Part shown: one piece after another, positions 9,912 to 19,433 of the stretch
How positions within the stretch are numbered: position 1 is the first letter of the stretch
Layout of the letters: each line of letters opens with the position of its first letter
Source of the DNA: an uncultured Spirochaetota bacterium
GTDB lineage: Bacteria > Spirochaetota > Spirochaetia > SZUA-6 > Fen-1364
Assembly (NCBI GenBank): GCA_963820525.1
Contig: CAWGAA010000001.1
Span: 285,299 to 349,298, forward strand
DNA length: 64,000 bases
Direction: 5' to 3'
The notes under the pieces: generated by a model
What the model saw: only the letters and a program-made list of their open reading frames with translations
Told to the model about the DNA's origin: nothing
Databases searched by the model: none
Position numbers and translations under genes: made by a program

Positions 9912-10511
9912 GTGAAGAAGGCGCTTCTGCTCGCGCTGCTCCTCCTCGTTCCCCTCTCCTCCGCTTCGGGCTGGAGGATCCTGTACAAGGAGCAGTACTA
10001 CAAGCTGTACCACGAGCAGCTCCACCACTACCCCGAGGACACCACCGAGAGCATGTATTACCTGGAGCAGGCCGTGAAGGCCGACTTCGCCAACCCGCTC
10101 TATGCCCTTGCCAGGATAAACAACCCCACGGATTGGGAGCGCTATCGCAACCTTTTCATGATGCACGTGAACCTGAAGCTGGTCTCCCTTACCCTCACCC
10201 TGGGCGCCAAGTTCGACAAGATGGTGGCCTACTTCTACAACGCCCCCTGGAAGGCCCAGAACCTCGACAGCCTGAAGACCGCAGAGAACGTCTACAACTC
10301 CGCGTACGGCTATTGGAACGAGGCGAAGAGCTGGTCCGACAAGGCGTGGTCCCTGCGCGGCGTTCATCTCGAGCAGATCCAGGACTGGGAAGACGAGAAC
10401 GCGCGGATCGTCAATGGCGATCTCGACTATGCAGCGGTCATCTCGGAGCAGCTCGCCCGTCTTGCCCGAGTGCGCGACGCCTTCCAGAAAATGGACCAGA
10501 GCACATACTGA
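9912..10511 (+). CDS. Secreted hypothetical protein (Tyr/Trp-rich)
   Basis: Has a signal peptide (LLLALLLLVPLSSASG). No recognisable catalytic motifs. Confidence 0.45.
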   Translation: MKKALLLALLLLVPLSSASGWRILYKEQYYKLYHEQLHHYPEDTTESMYYLEQAVKADFANPLYALARINNPTDWERYRNLFMMHVNLKLVSLTLTLGAKFDKMVAYFYNAPWKAQNLDSLKTAENVYNSAYGYWNEAKSWSDKAWSLRGVHLEQIQDWEDENARIVNGDLDYAAVISEQLARLARVRDAFQKMDQSTY

Positions 10512-10523
10512 TCCAGGCCAACC

Positions 10524-11540
10524 CTATCGGATCAACATCGCATCGCCGTAGCTGAAGAACCTGTATCTCCTCTCCACCGCCTCGCGGTAGGCATGCAGGA
10601 TCAGCTGCCGATCCGCGAACCCGCAGACGAGCGCCAGCAGGCTGGAGCCCGGCGTGTGGAAATTCGTGAAAAGCCTGCTCACCACCTTGAATCGGAATCC
10701 GGGATAGATATAGATCTTCGTCCTTCCTTCCCCTTCCCGCAGGCCTCCATCCTGCCAGGCGGACTCCAGGGCCCGTACCACCGTTGTGCCCACGGCCAGA
10801 ATGGGTTTGGGCCCGGCCAGCGCCTCTTCGACCAGCCCTTTTGTCCGGTGAGGAATCGAATACGCCTCCTCGTGCATGACGTGATCCTCGATATTCTCCG
10901 TCCTGATGGGAAGGAACGTCCCGAGTCCGACGTGGAGCGTGACGTAGCCGATTGCCGCTCCCGCCGCCTCAAGCGCAGCGAGGAGCCCGGGGGTGAAGTG
11001 GAGCCCAGCCGTGGGAGCGGCCGCGGAGCCCATGACGCGGGCAAAAACCGTCTGGTACATCTCGGCATCCGTGTTCGTGTCCGGCCTTCTGATATAGGGA
11101 GGAAGGGGCACGTGCCCGTGGCGCTCGAGGTACGCCTCGTCAATGGGGGGGTTGAAACGAATCAGATGCACCCCGCCGGGAGCGGGTGAGATCTCGCCGG
11201 TGACTCCCTCGGGAAACCGGAATGTCTTTGCCGTCTTCAGCCGCCGGGTCCTGCCCGCCAGGGCCTCCCAGACTTCGGCGGATCGCCTTTCCAGCAGGAG
11301 GAACTCCATCCTGCCTCCACCGGGGCCATCGGCGAAGAGGCGTGCCTTCCTCACGCGCGTGTCGTTGAGCACGACCAGGGTCCCCGGCTCCACCCAGCGG
11401 GGGAGCTGGTCCACATGCGAGTCGCAAAGGCTCGCGGCTGCGCGATCGACGACGAGAAGCCGCGCGCTTTCTCGGTCTTTCAGCGGCTCCTGGGCTATCA
11501 GCTCTTCGGGCAGATCAAAGGAGAATAGGCTGGTCTTCAC
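10524..11540 (-). CDS. queA: S-adenosylmethionine:tRNA ribosyltransferase-isomerase
   Basis: N-terminus FSFDLPEELIAQEPL and overall 338 aa match the QueA family. Confidence 0.9.
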   Translation of the reverse strand: MKTSLFSFDLPEELIAQEPLKDRESARLLVVDRAAASLCDSHVDQLPRWVEPGTLVVLNDTRVRKARLFADGPGGGRMEFLLLERRSAEVWEALAGRTRRLKTAKTFRFPEGVTGEISPAPGGVHLIRFNPPIDEAYLERHGHVPLPPYIRRPDTNTDAEMYQTVFARVMGSAAAPTAGLHFTPGLLAALEAAGAAIGYVTLHVGLGTFLPIRTENIEDHVMHEEAYSIPHRTKGLVEEALAGPKPILAVGTTVVRALESAWQDGGLREGEGRTKIYIYPGFRFKVVSRLFTNFHTPGSSLLALVCGFADRQLILHAYREAVERRYRFFSYGDAMLIR

Positions 11541-12543
11541 TCCCGCCCCGCCGCTCGGCCCCGAGGTGATCGTACGCCCCGCGCGTCGCCATTCTTCCCC
11601 TCGGAGTTCGCTTGAGGAAACCGATCTGGATCAGATACGGCTCGTACACGTCTTCAAGGGTGTCCACGGCCTCTCCGATAGAGATGGCCAGGGTTTCGGA
11701 GCCCACGGGCCCGCCCGAGTACTTGTCCACGATGGTGCGAAGGATCTCGCGGTCGATCTTGTCCAGGCCTCTGCCGTCGATTTCAAGGGCTTCCAGCCCG
11801 CGCCGTACTATCGGGCTGTCGATGATGCCGTTTCCCCATACCTGGGCGAAATCGCGCATCCGCCGGAGGATCCTGTTGGCGATTCGCGGCGTGCCGCGGG
11901 AGCATCTGGCGATGAGATCTCCCGCCTCCTCCTCGACGCTGACATTGAGGATTCCGGCGGACCGGGAAACGATCTTTCGAATATCGGCCGGGTCGTAGAA
12001 GTCGAGGCGCATGGGGATTCCGAACCGCGAGTACAGGGGGCTTGAGACCAGGCCCGTCTTCGTCGTCGCGCCCACCAGGGTGAACGGAGCAAGGGGGATC
12101 TTGATGGTCCGGGCGCCCGGGCCCTGCCCGATGACGACATCGATCTCGAAGTCCTCCATGGCGGAGTAGAGCATCTCCTCGACCACGGGCTTCAGGCGGT
12201 GTATCTCGTCGATGAAGAAGATATTCCTCTCACCGATGCTGGTGAGAATCGCGGCGAGATCTCCCGGTCTCTCGAGAGCGGGGGCCGAGGTGGCGCGGAA
12301 CTGAACGCCGAGCTCGTGAGCGATGATTCCCGCCAGAGTGGTCTTTCCGAGGCCGGGCGGCCCGGAGAGGAATACGTGATCGAGGTGCTCGCCGCGTCCC
12401 CGGGCGGCGGTGATGTAGACGGCAAGGTTTTCCCGCAGCTTGTCCTGGCCCACGAACTCGGCAAGCAGGCGGGGCCGCAGGCTCGACTCTTCCCCGTCTT
12501 CCTCGCGAAACGCCGGACTACCCAGACGATCAGCTTCCTTCAT
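11515..12543 (-). CDS. ruvB: Holliday junction branch migration helicase RuvB
   Basis: Walker A GPPGLGKTTLA, an AAA+ fold and a RuvB-type winged-helix C-terminus. Confidence 0.92.
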   Translation of the reverse strand: MKEADRLGSPAFREEDGEESSLRPRLLAEFVGQDKLRENLAVYITAARGRGEHLDHVFLSGPPGLGKTTLAGIIAHELGVQFRATSAPALERPGDLAAILTSIGERNIFFIDEIHRLKPVVEEMLYSAMEDFEIDVVIGQGPGARTIKIPLAPFTLVGATTKTGLVSSPLYSRFGIPMRLDFYDPADIRKIVSRSAGILNVSVEEEAGDLIARCSRGTPRIANRILRRMRDFAQVWGNGIIDSPIVRRGLEALEIDGRGLDKIDREILRTIVDKYSGGPVGSETLAISIGEAVDTLEDVYEPYLIQIGFLKRTPRGRMATRGAYDHLGAERRGGSEDQPILL

Positions 12544-12556
12544 GCGCGCCCTTCAG

Positions 12557-13162
12557 TCACGCGCGTCCTTCTGTGCCGCCCGCGATGGCGACGGCGCGCT
12601 TGAAGAGCTCGCGCTCCAGGTCTTCGCCCTTCACATCGAGGCCCGCCATAGACTTCAGCGCAGAGGAAGCCGCCTCCTTGGCCGTCTTCCTGTCGAAGCC
12701 CATGCCCACAAGGGCGGTGGCGATGTCCAGCTCCGTGTTTCTGGCCGCCGCGGGAGTGGCGGGAGTGAGCTTGCCTTTGAGCGTGAGAATGATCTTTTGA
12801 GCCGTCTTCTTCCCGATCCCGGGCACGGCGGAGAGGGCCTCTACATCATCCCGCTCCAGCGCATGCGCGAACTGCTCTCGATCTATCCCCGAGAGTACCT
12901 TCATCGCGCCGCGGGGTCCCATCCCTTCCACCTTCTGGAGGTCGAGAAAGAGAGCCCTTTCCGCGGGATCGGGGAATCCGTAGAGCCGCATTGCGTCATC
13001 CCGATGCACCAGATGCGTGTACACGCGGGCAGGCTGACCCACGGCCGGAAAATGCTCGAAGGCCTTGCGGGAGATCGAAAGCTCCCACTCGACGCCCCCG
13101 GTGAGCACGCAGATCCTGTCTTCCTCTTTCTGGGTGACTTCGCCCGACAAGCTGTTAAACAT
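12557..13162 (-). CDS. ruvA: Holliday junction DNA-binding protein RuvA
   Basis: Internal start MFNSLSGEV is typical of RuvA. The ORF upstream of that Met overlaps ruvC and is non-coding-looking. Confidence 0.85.
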   Translation of the reverse strand: MFNSLSGEVTQKEEDRICVLTGGVEWELSISRKAFEHFPAVGQPARVYTHLVHRDDAMRLYGFPDPAERALFLDLQKVEGMGPRGAMKVLSGIDREQFAHALERDDVEALSAVPGIGKKTAQKIILTLKGKLTPATPAAARNTELDIATALVGMGFDRKTAKEAASSALKSMAGLDVKGEDLERELFKRAVAIAGGTEGRA

Positions 13163-13637
13163 GTACCTGGACCCTGTTCGCGTGGCAGATCGCCACGGCA
13201 AGCGCGTCAGCCGCGTGGTCTGGGCACGGTATGGACTCAAGCCCCAGGAGCACCGCTACCAGGCGCTGCACCTGGTCTTTCTCGGCCCTGCCTCTTCCTA
13301 TCACCGCCTGTTTCACCTGTTGAGGGGAATAGAAGCCCACGGGGATCCCCGCTTCCCCCAGGGCGAGAATGACCACTCCCCGCGCATGCGCTACCTGCAT
13401 GGCGCTGGAAGCGTTCCGTGCGAAATAGAGCTCTTCCACCGCAGCTTCATCGGGGGCGAACTCCACGATGAGGCGCCGTATCTCGCGATAGATGTGGAGG
13501 AGCCTTTCAGCGAGAGATGTGCCGGGGCAGGTCTTCACGACCCCGTGGTCGACGTGAGTGAAACGAGAGCCGTGGAAACGAACGATTCCGTATCCCGTGG
13601 ATGCGAGCCCTGGATCGATCCCAATCAGGGTCGTCAT
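13155..13637 (-). CDS. ruvC: Crossover junction endodeoxyribonuclease RuvC
   Basis: N-terminus IGIDPGLASTGYGIV and 160 aa. Confidence 0.9.
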   Translation of the reverse strand: MTTLIGIDPGLASTGYGIVRFHGSRFTHVDHGVVKTCPGTSLAERLLHIYREIRRLIVEFAPDEAAVEELYFARNASSAMQVAHARGVVILALGEAGIPVGFYSPQQVKQAVIGRGRAEKDQVQRLVAVLLGLESIPCPDHAADALAVAICHANRVQVHV

Positions 13638-14377
13638 TCACTCATGACAAATCCGGCGGGGATCTCCAGATTCGTCGCGACGCTCTGAACGTCCTCGTGG
13701 TCTTCCAGGTGCTCCACGAGCTTGAGAGCCTTCTGCGTCTTTTCGTTGTCCAGGGTGACGGTCGTGTCGGGCACCCTGGCGAGCTCCGCCATCGTGTGTT
13801 CGAACCCCGCCGATTCCAGCGCCTTGACCACCTTGTAGAAGTCATCGGGGCTCGTGGTCACCTCTATGGTCTCTCCATCGTTAGTCACGTCCTCGGCGCC
13901 GGCGTCGATGGCAACGCCCAGGATGTCGTCCTCTTTATACTTGGCCGGATCGTAGGCGATGAGGCCCTTGCGCTTGAAAAGATATGCGACGCTTCCGGCG
14001 CCTCCCAGGTTCCCCCCGCCTTTGTTCAGCAGGTTCCTGATCTCCGCAGCCGCCCTGTTCTTGTTGTCCGTGAGAATGTCGATGAGGAGGGCAACCCCGC
14101 CCGGACCGTAGGCTTCGTAGAGGATCTCCTCGTAGCTCACCCCTTCCAGCTCGCCCGTGCCCTTCTTGATGGCGCGGTCGATGTTGTCCTTGGGCATGTT
14201 CGCCGCTTTCGCCTTGAGGATCGCAGCGCGGAGCCGCGGGTTGGTTTCAGCGTCTCCCCCGCTCAGCCGGGCCGCGATGCTGATCTCTTTGATCAGCTTG
14301 GTGAACATCTGGCCGCGTTTGGCATCCGCGGCGCCCTTCTTATGCTTGATTGTATGCCATTTGCTATGGCCTGACAT
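13634..14377 (-). CDS. yebC: YebC/PmpR-family transcriptional regulator
   Basis: N-terminus MSGHSKWHTIKHKKG is diagnostic of the family. Confidence 0.9.
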   Translation of the reverse strand: MSGHSKWHTIKHKKGAADAKRGQMFTKLIKEISIAARLSGGDAETNPRLRAAILKAKAANMPKDNIDRAIKKGTGELEGVSYEEILYEAYGPGGVALLIDILTDNKNRAAAEIRNLLNKGGGNLGGAGSVAYLFKRKGLIAYDPAKYKEDDILGVAIDAGAEDVTNDGETIEVTTSPDDFYKVVKALESAGFEHTMAELARVPDTTVTLDNEKTQKALKLVEHLEDHEDVQSVATNLEIPAGFVMSE

Positions 14378-14437
14378 ATTCCCCTTTTCTCCTCGTCGTG
14401 TATGCTCTCACGGTATCACAAAGAAAAAATCGGTGTC

Positions 14438-14575
14438 AAGCCAACTGCGCGCCGAAGGCGCGCAGTTGGGGGCCCCAGAGCGGCAACCGTTTCGGCGGCG
14501 TCGGCCCTAGGGCGGCAGCGGTGCTACCGCACCGCGAGAGCCGCGAAGCGCGACACCGCCAGGAGCAAACGGCGG
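14438..14575. repeat. REP-like palindromic intergenic repeat, intact copy
   Basis: It contains two hairpins: ccaactgcgcgcc/ggcgcgcagttgg, and GCGGTGC-TACC-GCACCGC. The core 14493-14562 is near-identical to the sequence flanking the IS at 49014-49031 and 50565-50616. Confidence 0.55.
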
Positions 14576-14620
14576 GAGCTCTGGGGATACCAGGCCACGG
14601 GAGCTCGCGGGGTGCGCGGT

Positions 14621-15868
14621 CTACGGCCACTCGACGCGGAGGTGTGGAAGCTTGTCGCTGTGCACGCGTTCCTCCACTCCCGCGAGAAGACGGTTGAGGA
14701 GGAGCCTCCCTTTCTGCGTGAACGCGAGCCGATCAGCCCCCGATTCGGCGAGTCCCTCATCGGCCCATTCGTTCCACAATCCGGGGAAGAGCGCGTCGAA
14801 GTCAAACCCGAAGCGCCTCTGGAACGCGGCCCGCTCGATTCCATACCGGGTGCGCAAGCCCATCATGAGGGTCTCAAGGAGGAAGTCGCGATCCGAAACG
14901 GCTTCAAGCTCCATCCCCCACAGCTCCCCGGGGCCGAGGAGAAACTTCCCGATATCGCGCGGGTTGGAGATCCGCATCACCGTGACGTCCCGCCCATGCG
15001 GGATGGCGGAATCTGCCACGGCCTCGACAACACGCGCGGGAAGCGTCGAGACGGCTCCCGGTCCGACCCCGAGGTACGGCTCGAGCCGCCAGTAGCGAAG
15101 GTTGTGCCGGCATTCCCGCCCTGGGAGCGCGAAGTTCGATATCTCGTAGTTCCGGTAGCCCATCCGTTCCAGGAGACGCTTTCCCGTGAGCCACAGCTCA
15201 TCGTCCATCTCTGCGGTATTGGGGCGGATGCTTCCGGCACGGATCAATCGATGAAGCTCGGTGCCCGGCTCCACGGTAAGAGAATACAACGAGATATGGC
15301 CTGGCGTGAGATCCGACAGGAGAGAGAAGTCGTCGGCGAGATCCTCGGTTTTCTGGCCCGGTATCCCCGCCAGGAAATCAAGGCTGACTTCCCGCTTCCA
15401 GCTCTCTTTGAGGAGCCCGATCGCCCGCAGGTTATCTTCGTTTCCCCCCGGCCTCCCGAGGATCTCGAGAAGACCGCTTTTACTGCTTTGGATTCCCACA
15501 CTGATGCGGGAAACCCCTTCACGCGAACAGCGTCCCAGGAAGCCGGCGTCGAGCGATTCCGGGTTCGCCTCCACCGTCCATTCCTGCGGGCAGAGCGGCG
15601 AGAGGAAGCCGATCAGCTTCTGGAACTCGTCACCTTCAATGACGCTCGGGGTTCCGCCCCCGACATAGATCGATTCAACGGATCGGGCTTCCAGCGCATC
15701 GAGAAAGCGTTCGGCCTGTCTGAGTGTCTCTGAGACTACCCGCGCCTGCTGGGCACGCTCTTGCCCGCCGCGCCGGCACGGAACGGAATAAAAGTCGCAG
15801 TACCGGCATTTGCTCGCGCAGAAAGGGATGTGAACGTAGAGGGAGAGAGCGTTTCTAGAGCTTTCCAA
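14621..15868 (-). CDS. hemW: Radical SAM heme chaperone HemW (HemN-like coproporphyrinogen oxidase family)
   Basis: CxxxCxxC motif in HIPFCASKCRYCDFYS and a HemN_C-like C-terminus. Confidence 0.85.
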   Translation of the reverse strand: MESSRNALSLYVHIPFCASKCRYCDFYSVPCRRGGQERAQQARVVSETLRQAERFLDALEARSVESIYVGGGTPSVIEGDEFQKLIGFLSPLCPQEWTVEANPESLDAGFLGRCSREGVSRISVGIQSSKSGLLEILGRPGGNEDNLRAIGLLKESWKREVSLDFLAGIPGQKTEDLADDFSLLSDLTPGHISLYSLTVEPGTELHRLIRAGSIRPNTAEMDDELWLTGKRLLERMGYRNYEISNFALPGRECRHNLRYWRLEPYLGVGPGAVSTLPARVVEAVADSAIPHGRDVTVMRISNPRDIGKFLLGPGELWGMELEAVSDRDFLLETLMMGLRTRYGIERAAFQRRFGFDFDALFPGLWNEWADEGLAESGADRLAFTQKGRLLLNRLLAGVEERVHSDKLPHLRVEWP

Positions 15869-16604
15869 ATTCTCTCGGAGGCCAATAGCGAAGGATGACC
15901 TTTGCCAGGATGCGCGATCCGGATACGGGCCCCCAGGAGCGCGAATCGCTGGAGTCCGGGCGGTTGTCCCCCAGAACGAAATACTGGTCTTCGGCGAGCA
16001 CGATCTCTTCGCCGTTTCCCGAAAAGGGAAGCTCCGGCTGCCAGCCTTTGGCCGAGAAGGCCGTGGTGACTTTTTCCGATGGGCCGACGAGCTCCGATTC
16101 GGGAACGAACTGCGCCGCGCCTCTCGGCCTGATTGATACGGCGAAGCCGCGCATGCGGATGGTGTCTCCCGGCATACCGACGATCCTCTTCACGATGTAG
16201 CTCTGGACGCGTCTCCCGCCCAGATCGCGGTGGAGCGTGACCTTCTGCAGGGAGAAAAAGCTCACGAAGGGCTCGAAGATGCGCGCCACCAGGGAATCCG
16301 GGTTGAAGTAGGGGGGCTGAACGACGACTATGTCCCCGCGGGCGGGCTTCTCGAGGCCGGGGAGCCGGATTGCCGTGAAGGGCACGCGACCGCCGAAGGA
16401 TATGATGCTCGCCATCACCTTATCGGCGGGCCGGAGAAGCGGATCCATGGAAACCGAATCGACGCGGAACGTGGACACGAAGAAACGGGAAACGATCAGG
16501 TACAGGAGAAGGGATATGAGGATGACCTTCACCGTTCTTGAGCCGAAAAGGCTTGCGCGCCTCTTTCGCGCGGAGGAAGAATAGCGCTCAACGGATCCGA
16601 TCAT
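15855..16604 (-). CDS. lepB: Signal peptidase I
   Basis: Catalytic Ser box DSVSMDP and GDNRPDSSDSR box E, 249 aa. Confidence 0.85.
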   Translation of the reverse strand: MIGSVERYSSSARKRRASLFGSRTVKVILISLLLYLIVSRFFVSTFRVDSVSMDPLLRPADKVMASIISFGGRVPFTAIRLPGLEKPARGDIVVVQPPYFNPDSLVARIFEPFVSFFSLQKVTLHRDLGGRRVQSYIVKRIVGMPGDTIRMRGFAVSIRPRGAAQFVPESELVGPSEKVTTAFSAKGWQPELPFSGNGEEIVLAEDQYFVLGDNRPDSSDSRSWGPVSGSRILAKVILRYWPPREFGKL

Positions 16605-16610
16605 CAGTGC

Positions 16611-17650
16611 TCACCTGACCAGGCCGAAGCGGCCGAGAGGCCAGTAGCGGAAGAGTCCCTTGCCCAGAACCTTGGCGAGGCGAACCTCCCCGAAGTACCT
16701 GGCGTCGTGGGAGTCGTCGCGATTGTCTCCCATGGGAAAGATGCTGTTCGTGTCGATGTACCAGCCATTCTGGAGAATCGTCCAGGTGATCTGGGCGGGG
16801 AGGTTCGAGGGGTCCATTTCGGCAATCGTGCGATAGCGCCACGCGTCGAAGTATTTCCCGTCGTTGATCGCCGTGATCTCGATCTGAGTCTTTCCCTGCG
16901 GGTCCTTGGAGAACTGGAAGTAACGCGAGACGGCGCTCTTCTGCTGGTCCGTCATTGGCAGCCCGGCGAGCTCAAGGGCAATTCCGATGCCCGAGGCCTT
17001 GAATAAGGGATAGTCGTCGGGCGTGAAGCTTCTCACCGTCGGGTACGTGAAGCCCAGCTCCTGCTTCAAGGTCGGCTCCGGCTTCCACTCGGTTTCTCCG
17101 GGGGTGAGAATCTCAACGTTGCCTTCCCGCATGCGCAGGCGGTCCCCCCCACCCCGATTTCGCGCTTGATGAGAAAGTGGTGCTTGGGGTTCCCGTTCTG
17201 GTCCCTGTCGATATCGACGAGGGAGAGGGTGACCATGTAGATGACCCGTTGGAGCACATCCATGAGCACGGGGCCCAGCACGGAGGATTTGTTGGGGAGG
17301 TACTCGGGGTTTTCGAAGATGATGACGTCCCCGCGGGCCGGGACGCGGAACCCCGGCATCTTGAGGATCCCGGGGGCGATCTCCGGACCGTAGACGAGCT
17401 TGTTCACGAAGATGCGGTCGCTCACCAGGAGCGTCGGGACCATGGATTGAGAGGGAATCTGGTATGCCTGCAGCAGATACTGGTTGATGAGCAGGACGAT
17501 CACGACCGCGGAGAGTATGGCGTCGAGCCAGTCGATGATCGGGTTCTTTTTCTTTTGTTTTTCTCGCCGGGCAATCCGCCTGCGCTTGCGCCATGAGAGG
17601 TAGCGTTCGGTGATTCGAACGACCTCCGCTTCCCATTGTCTCACCGTCAT
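16611..17650 (-). pseudogene. Second signal peptidase I paralog, split by a frameshift at a G8/C8 homopolymer (~17146-17153)
   Basis: N-terminal ORF 17066-17650 carries SQSMVPTL and IKREIGVGG. C-terminal ORF 16611-~17110 carries GDRLRMREGNV and box E GDNRDDSHDARYFG. Removing one G restores a continuous KRxIGxxGD motif. Confidence 0.6.
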
Positions 17651-17689
17651 GCCTGCTCCGTCGGGTGAGGATAGCAGAGAGCTCGAACA

Positions 17690-17718
17690 TTGACAAGCGA
17701 AAGCCCCGTTTCTATAAT
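17690..17718 (+). promoter_or_regulatory. Consensus sigma-70 promoter TTGACA-N17-TATAAT, 6 nt before the ATG (leaderless or near-leaderless)
   Basis: TTGACA at 17690-17695, a 17-nt spacer, and TATAAT at 17713-17718. The ATG is at 17725. Confidence 0.5.
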
Positions 17719-17724
17719 CCGCAC

Positions 17725-19416
17725 ATGTCGAAAAAAGACAGGCAGAGCGCCCAACCGGAAGCGCCGGATTCAACCGTCACGCTCACGCCGATCCTCGGCG
17801 TGCGCCCCGGCCAATATCTCACCGCGATCTATGTCGTTGCGCTCGCCCTGATCGTTTTCTTTCTCCTGCTCTATCCCGGCATCAGGAATCCCGGCTCCTA
17901 CGTCACCGTCGACGTCCGGCCCGGCTTCGCCCCCATCAAGGTCGACGGCGTGTTTGCCGGCACCGCCCCGGGGACGGTCTTCGTCAAACGCGGAAAGAGG
18001 AGAATCGAGGTTTCACGAACCTTTTTTCAGGGTTCCTCCCAGGAGGTGGACGTGCGGGGGAGGGTCTTCGCCACTCTCCTTTTCCCGTCCCGGATGAAAC
18101 TCTCCTTCACGCTATCCGTCTCGGACCTGGATGGGCTCGTCAAACACTCACTCGACGACTTTTCTCAGAATCCCTACATACCACGCGTCCTCTCCGACAC
18201 GGCGTGGGCGGCGTTCGGCGCTCCAAGCGGCACAGTCGATGAGGCCCGGAGTCGGCTCTGGGGATTTGTCAACGACTCATTGTTCTTCGTCAACCCCGCC
18301 CTTGATGCCTCTGCCTCCACATCGACGGCTGAAGACCAGCTCGCCGAGCTCTTGAAGGCCTCGGCGCGGATAGCGACGTCGGGTGGGTTCCTCACCCCCT
18401 CCACTTTCCTTTCCCTTGTCCGCCAGGGGCTTATTATAAAGGAAAAATACGATAATTCACCCGCGTGGCTCCTGCTCGCCCTTTCGAGAGACCACGCCAA
18501 GGCCATCGCCTCCTCGACCTGGATCGCGTCCCACTTCACATCCTACAGGGACGCTCTTTCCCGATACTACCAGGCCAACCTCTCAACCGCCGGAATCGGA
18601 GACGGCGGCGCAGTCGCCGTCATGGGAGGCATGGGTTTCCGATCCATTCCTCGCGGCGTTCTGGTCATGGGGAGGGACGACAATCTCGAATCGCTGGGAA
18701 AAAGCATCGATCTCCTCCTCCCCCACCCCGTCGAAACAGCCCCTTTCTTCCTCTCCGAGACCGAGGTCACCAACGCCCAATTCCTGGCCTTCATCGAGGA
18801 CAGCCCCCCGTGGAGGCCGTCCAACCGCGATTCCCTTGTCACCCAGGGCCTCGTGTCCGACACCTATCTCTCCGGTTGGGCCGACGATCGGCCTCCGTCC
18901 GGCTCGGCGGAGCTTCCCGTGGTCAACGTCTCTTATGACGCCGCCCGCGCATATTGCGACTGGCTGACCAGGAGGATCCAGGGACAGTATCCGGCCGCCG
19001 TCGCCCGCCTCCCTTCCGAAGCCGAATGGGAATGGGCCGCCCGCGGCGGGCTTCGCGGCATGCCCTACCCCCTTGGCGCCAGGCCGGGCAATGCCGTGTT
19101 CTTTCAGACCGGAATCTCCGGTCCTTCCCGTGCGGGTTCTTCCGAGCCCAATGGGTACGGTCTTCGCGACATGGTGGGAAACGTCTGGGAATGGTGCGCC
19201 GACAGCTTTGGCCCCTCCGACTACCTCCTCTCCTCCCTCGATCCGCGGGCGAACGCGGATCTCATCCCCCGCCATCCCGTGGCGCGGAACAAAGCGGTCC
19301 GCGGGGGGAGCTGGAACAACCAGCGGGACATTATCAGGGTATACACGCGCGGGTCGCAGCCCGAAGACTGGTGCACTCCCTTTCTCGGATTCAGGGTCGC
19401 GGTCTCGCGGCCGTAA
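17725..19416 (+). CDS. Membrane-anchored formylglycine-generating-enzyme (FGE/SUMF1)-domain protein
   Basis: Has an N-terminal TM helix. The C-terminal ~260 aa carry FGE-sulfatase signatures (EWEWAARGG, YPLGA, RGGSWNN). Confidence 0.7.
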   Translation: MSKKDRQSAQPEAPDSTVTLTPILGVRPGQYLTAIYVVALALIVFFLLLYPGIRNPGSYVTVDVRPGFAPIKVDGVFAGTAPGTVFVKRGKRRIEVSRTFFQGSSQEVDVRGRVFATLLFPSRMKLSFTLSVSDLDGLVKHSLDDFSQNPYIPRVLSDTAWAAFGAPSGTVDEARSRLWGFVNDSLFFVNPALDASASTSTAEDQLAELLKASARIATSGGFLTPSTFLSLVRQGLIIKEKYDNSPAWLLLALSRDHAKAIASSTWIASHFTSYRDALSRYYQANLSTAGIGDGGAVAVMGGMGFRSIPRGVLVMGRDDNLESLGKSIDLLLPHPVETAPFFLSETEVTNAQFLAFIEDSPPWRPSNRDSLVTQGLVSDTYLSGWADDRPPSGSAELPVVNVSYDAARAYCDWLTRRIQGQYPAAVARLPSEAEWEWAARGGLRGMPYPLGARPGNAVFFQTGISGPSRAGSSEPNGYGLRDMVGNVWEWCADSFGPSDYLLSSLDPRANADLIPRHPVARNKAVRGGSWNNQRDIIRVYTRGSQPEDWCTPFLGFRVAVSRP

Positions 19417-19433
19417 ACGGGCGAACACGCTGT

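Noticed and set aside
14438-14490. The hairpin ccaactgcgcgcc...ggcgcgcagttgg as an intrinsic terminator for hemW.
   Set aside because: On the minus strand the T-run is ~10 nt away from the stem and short. It is better explained as part of the REP-like repeat. A terminator role is possible but not demonstrable.
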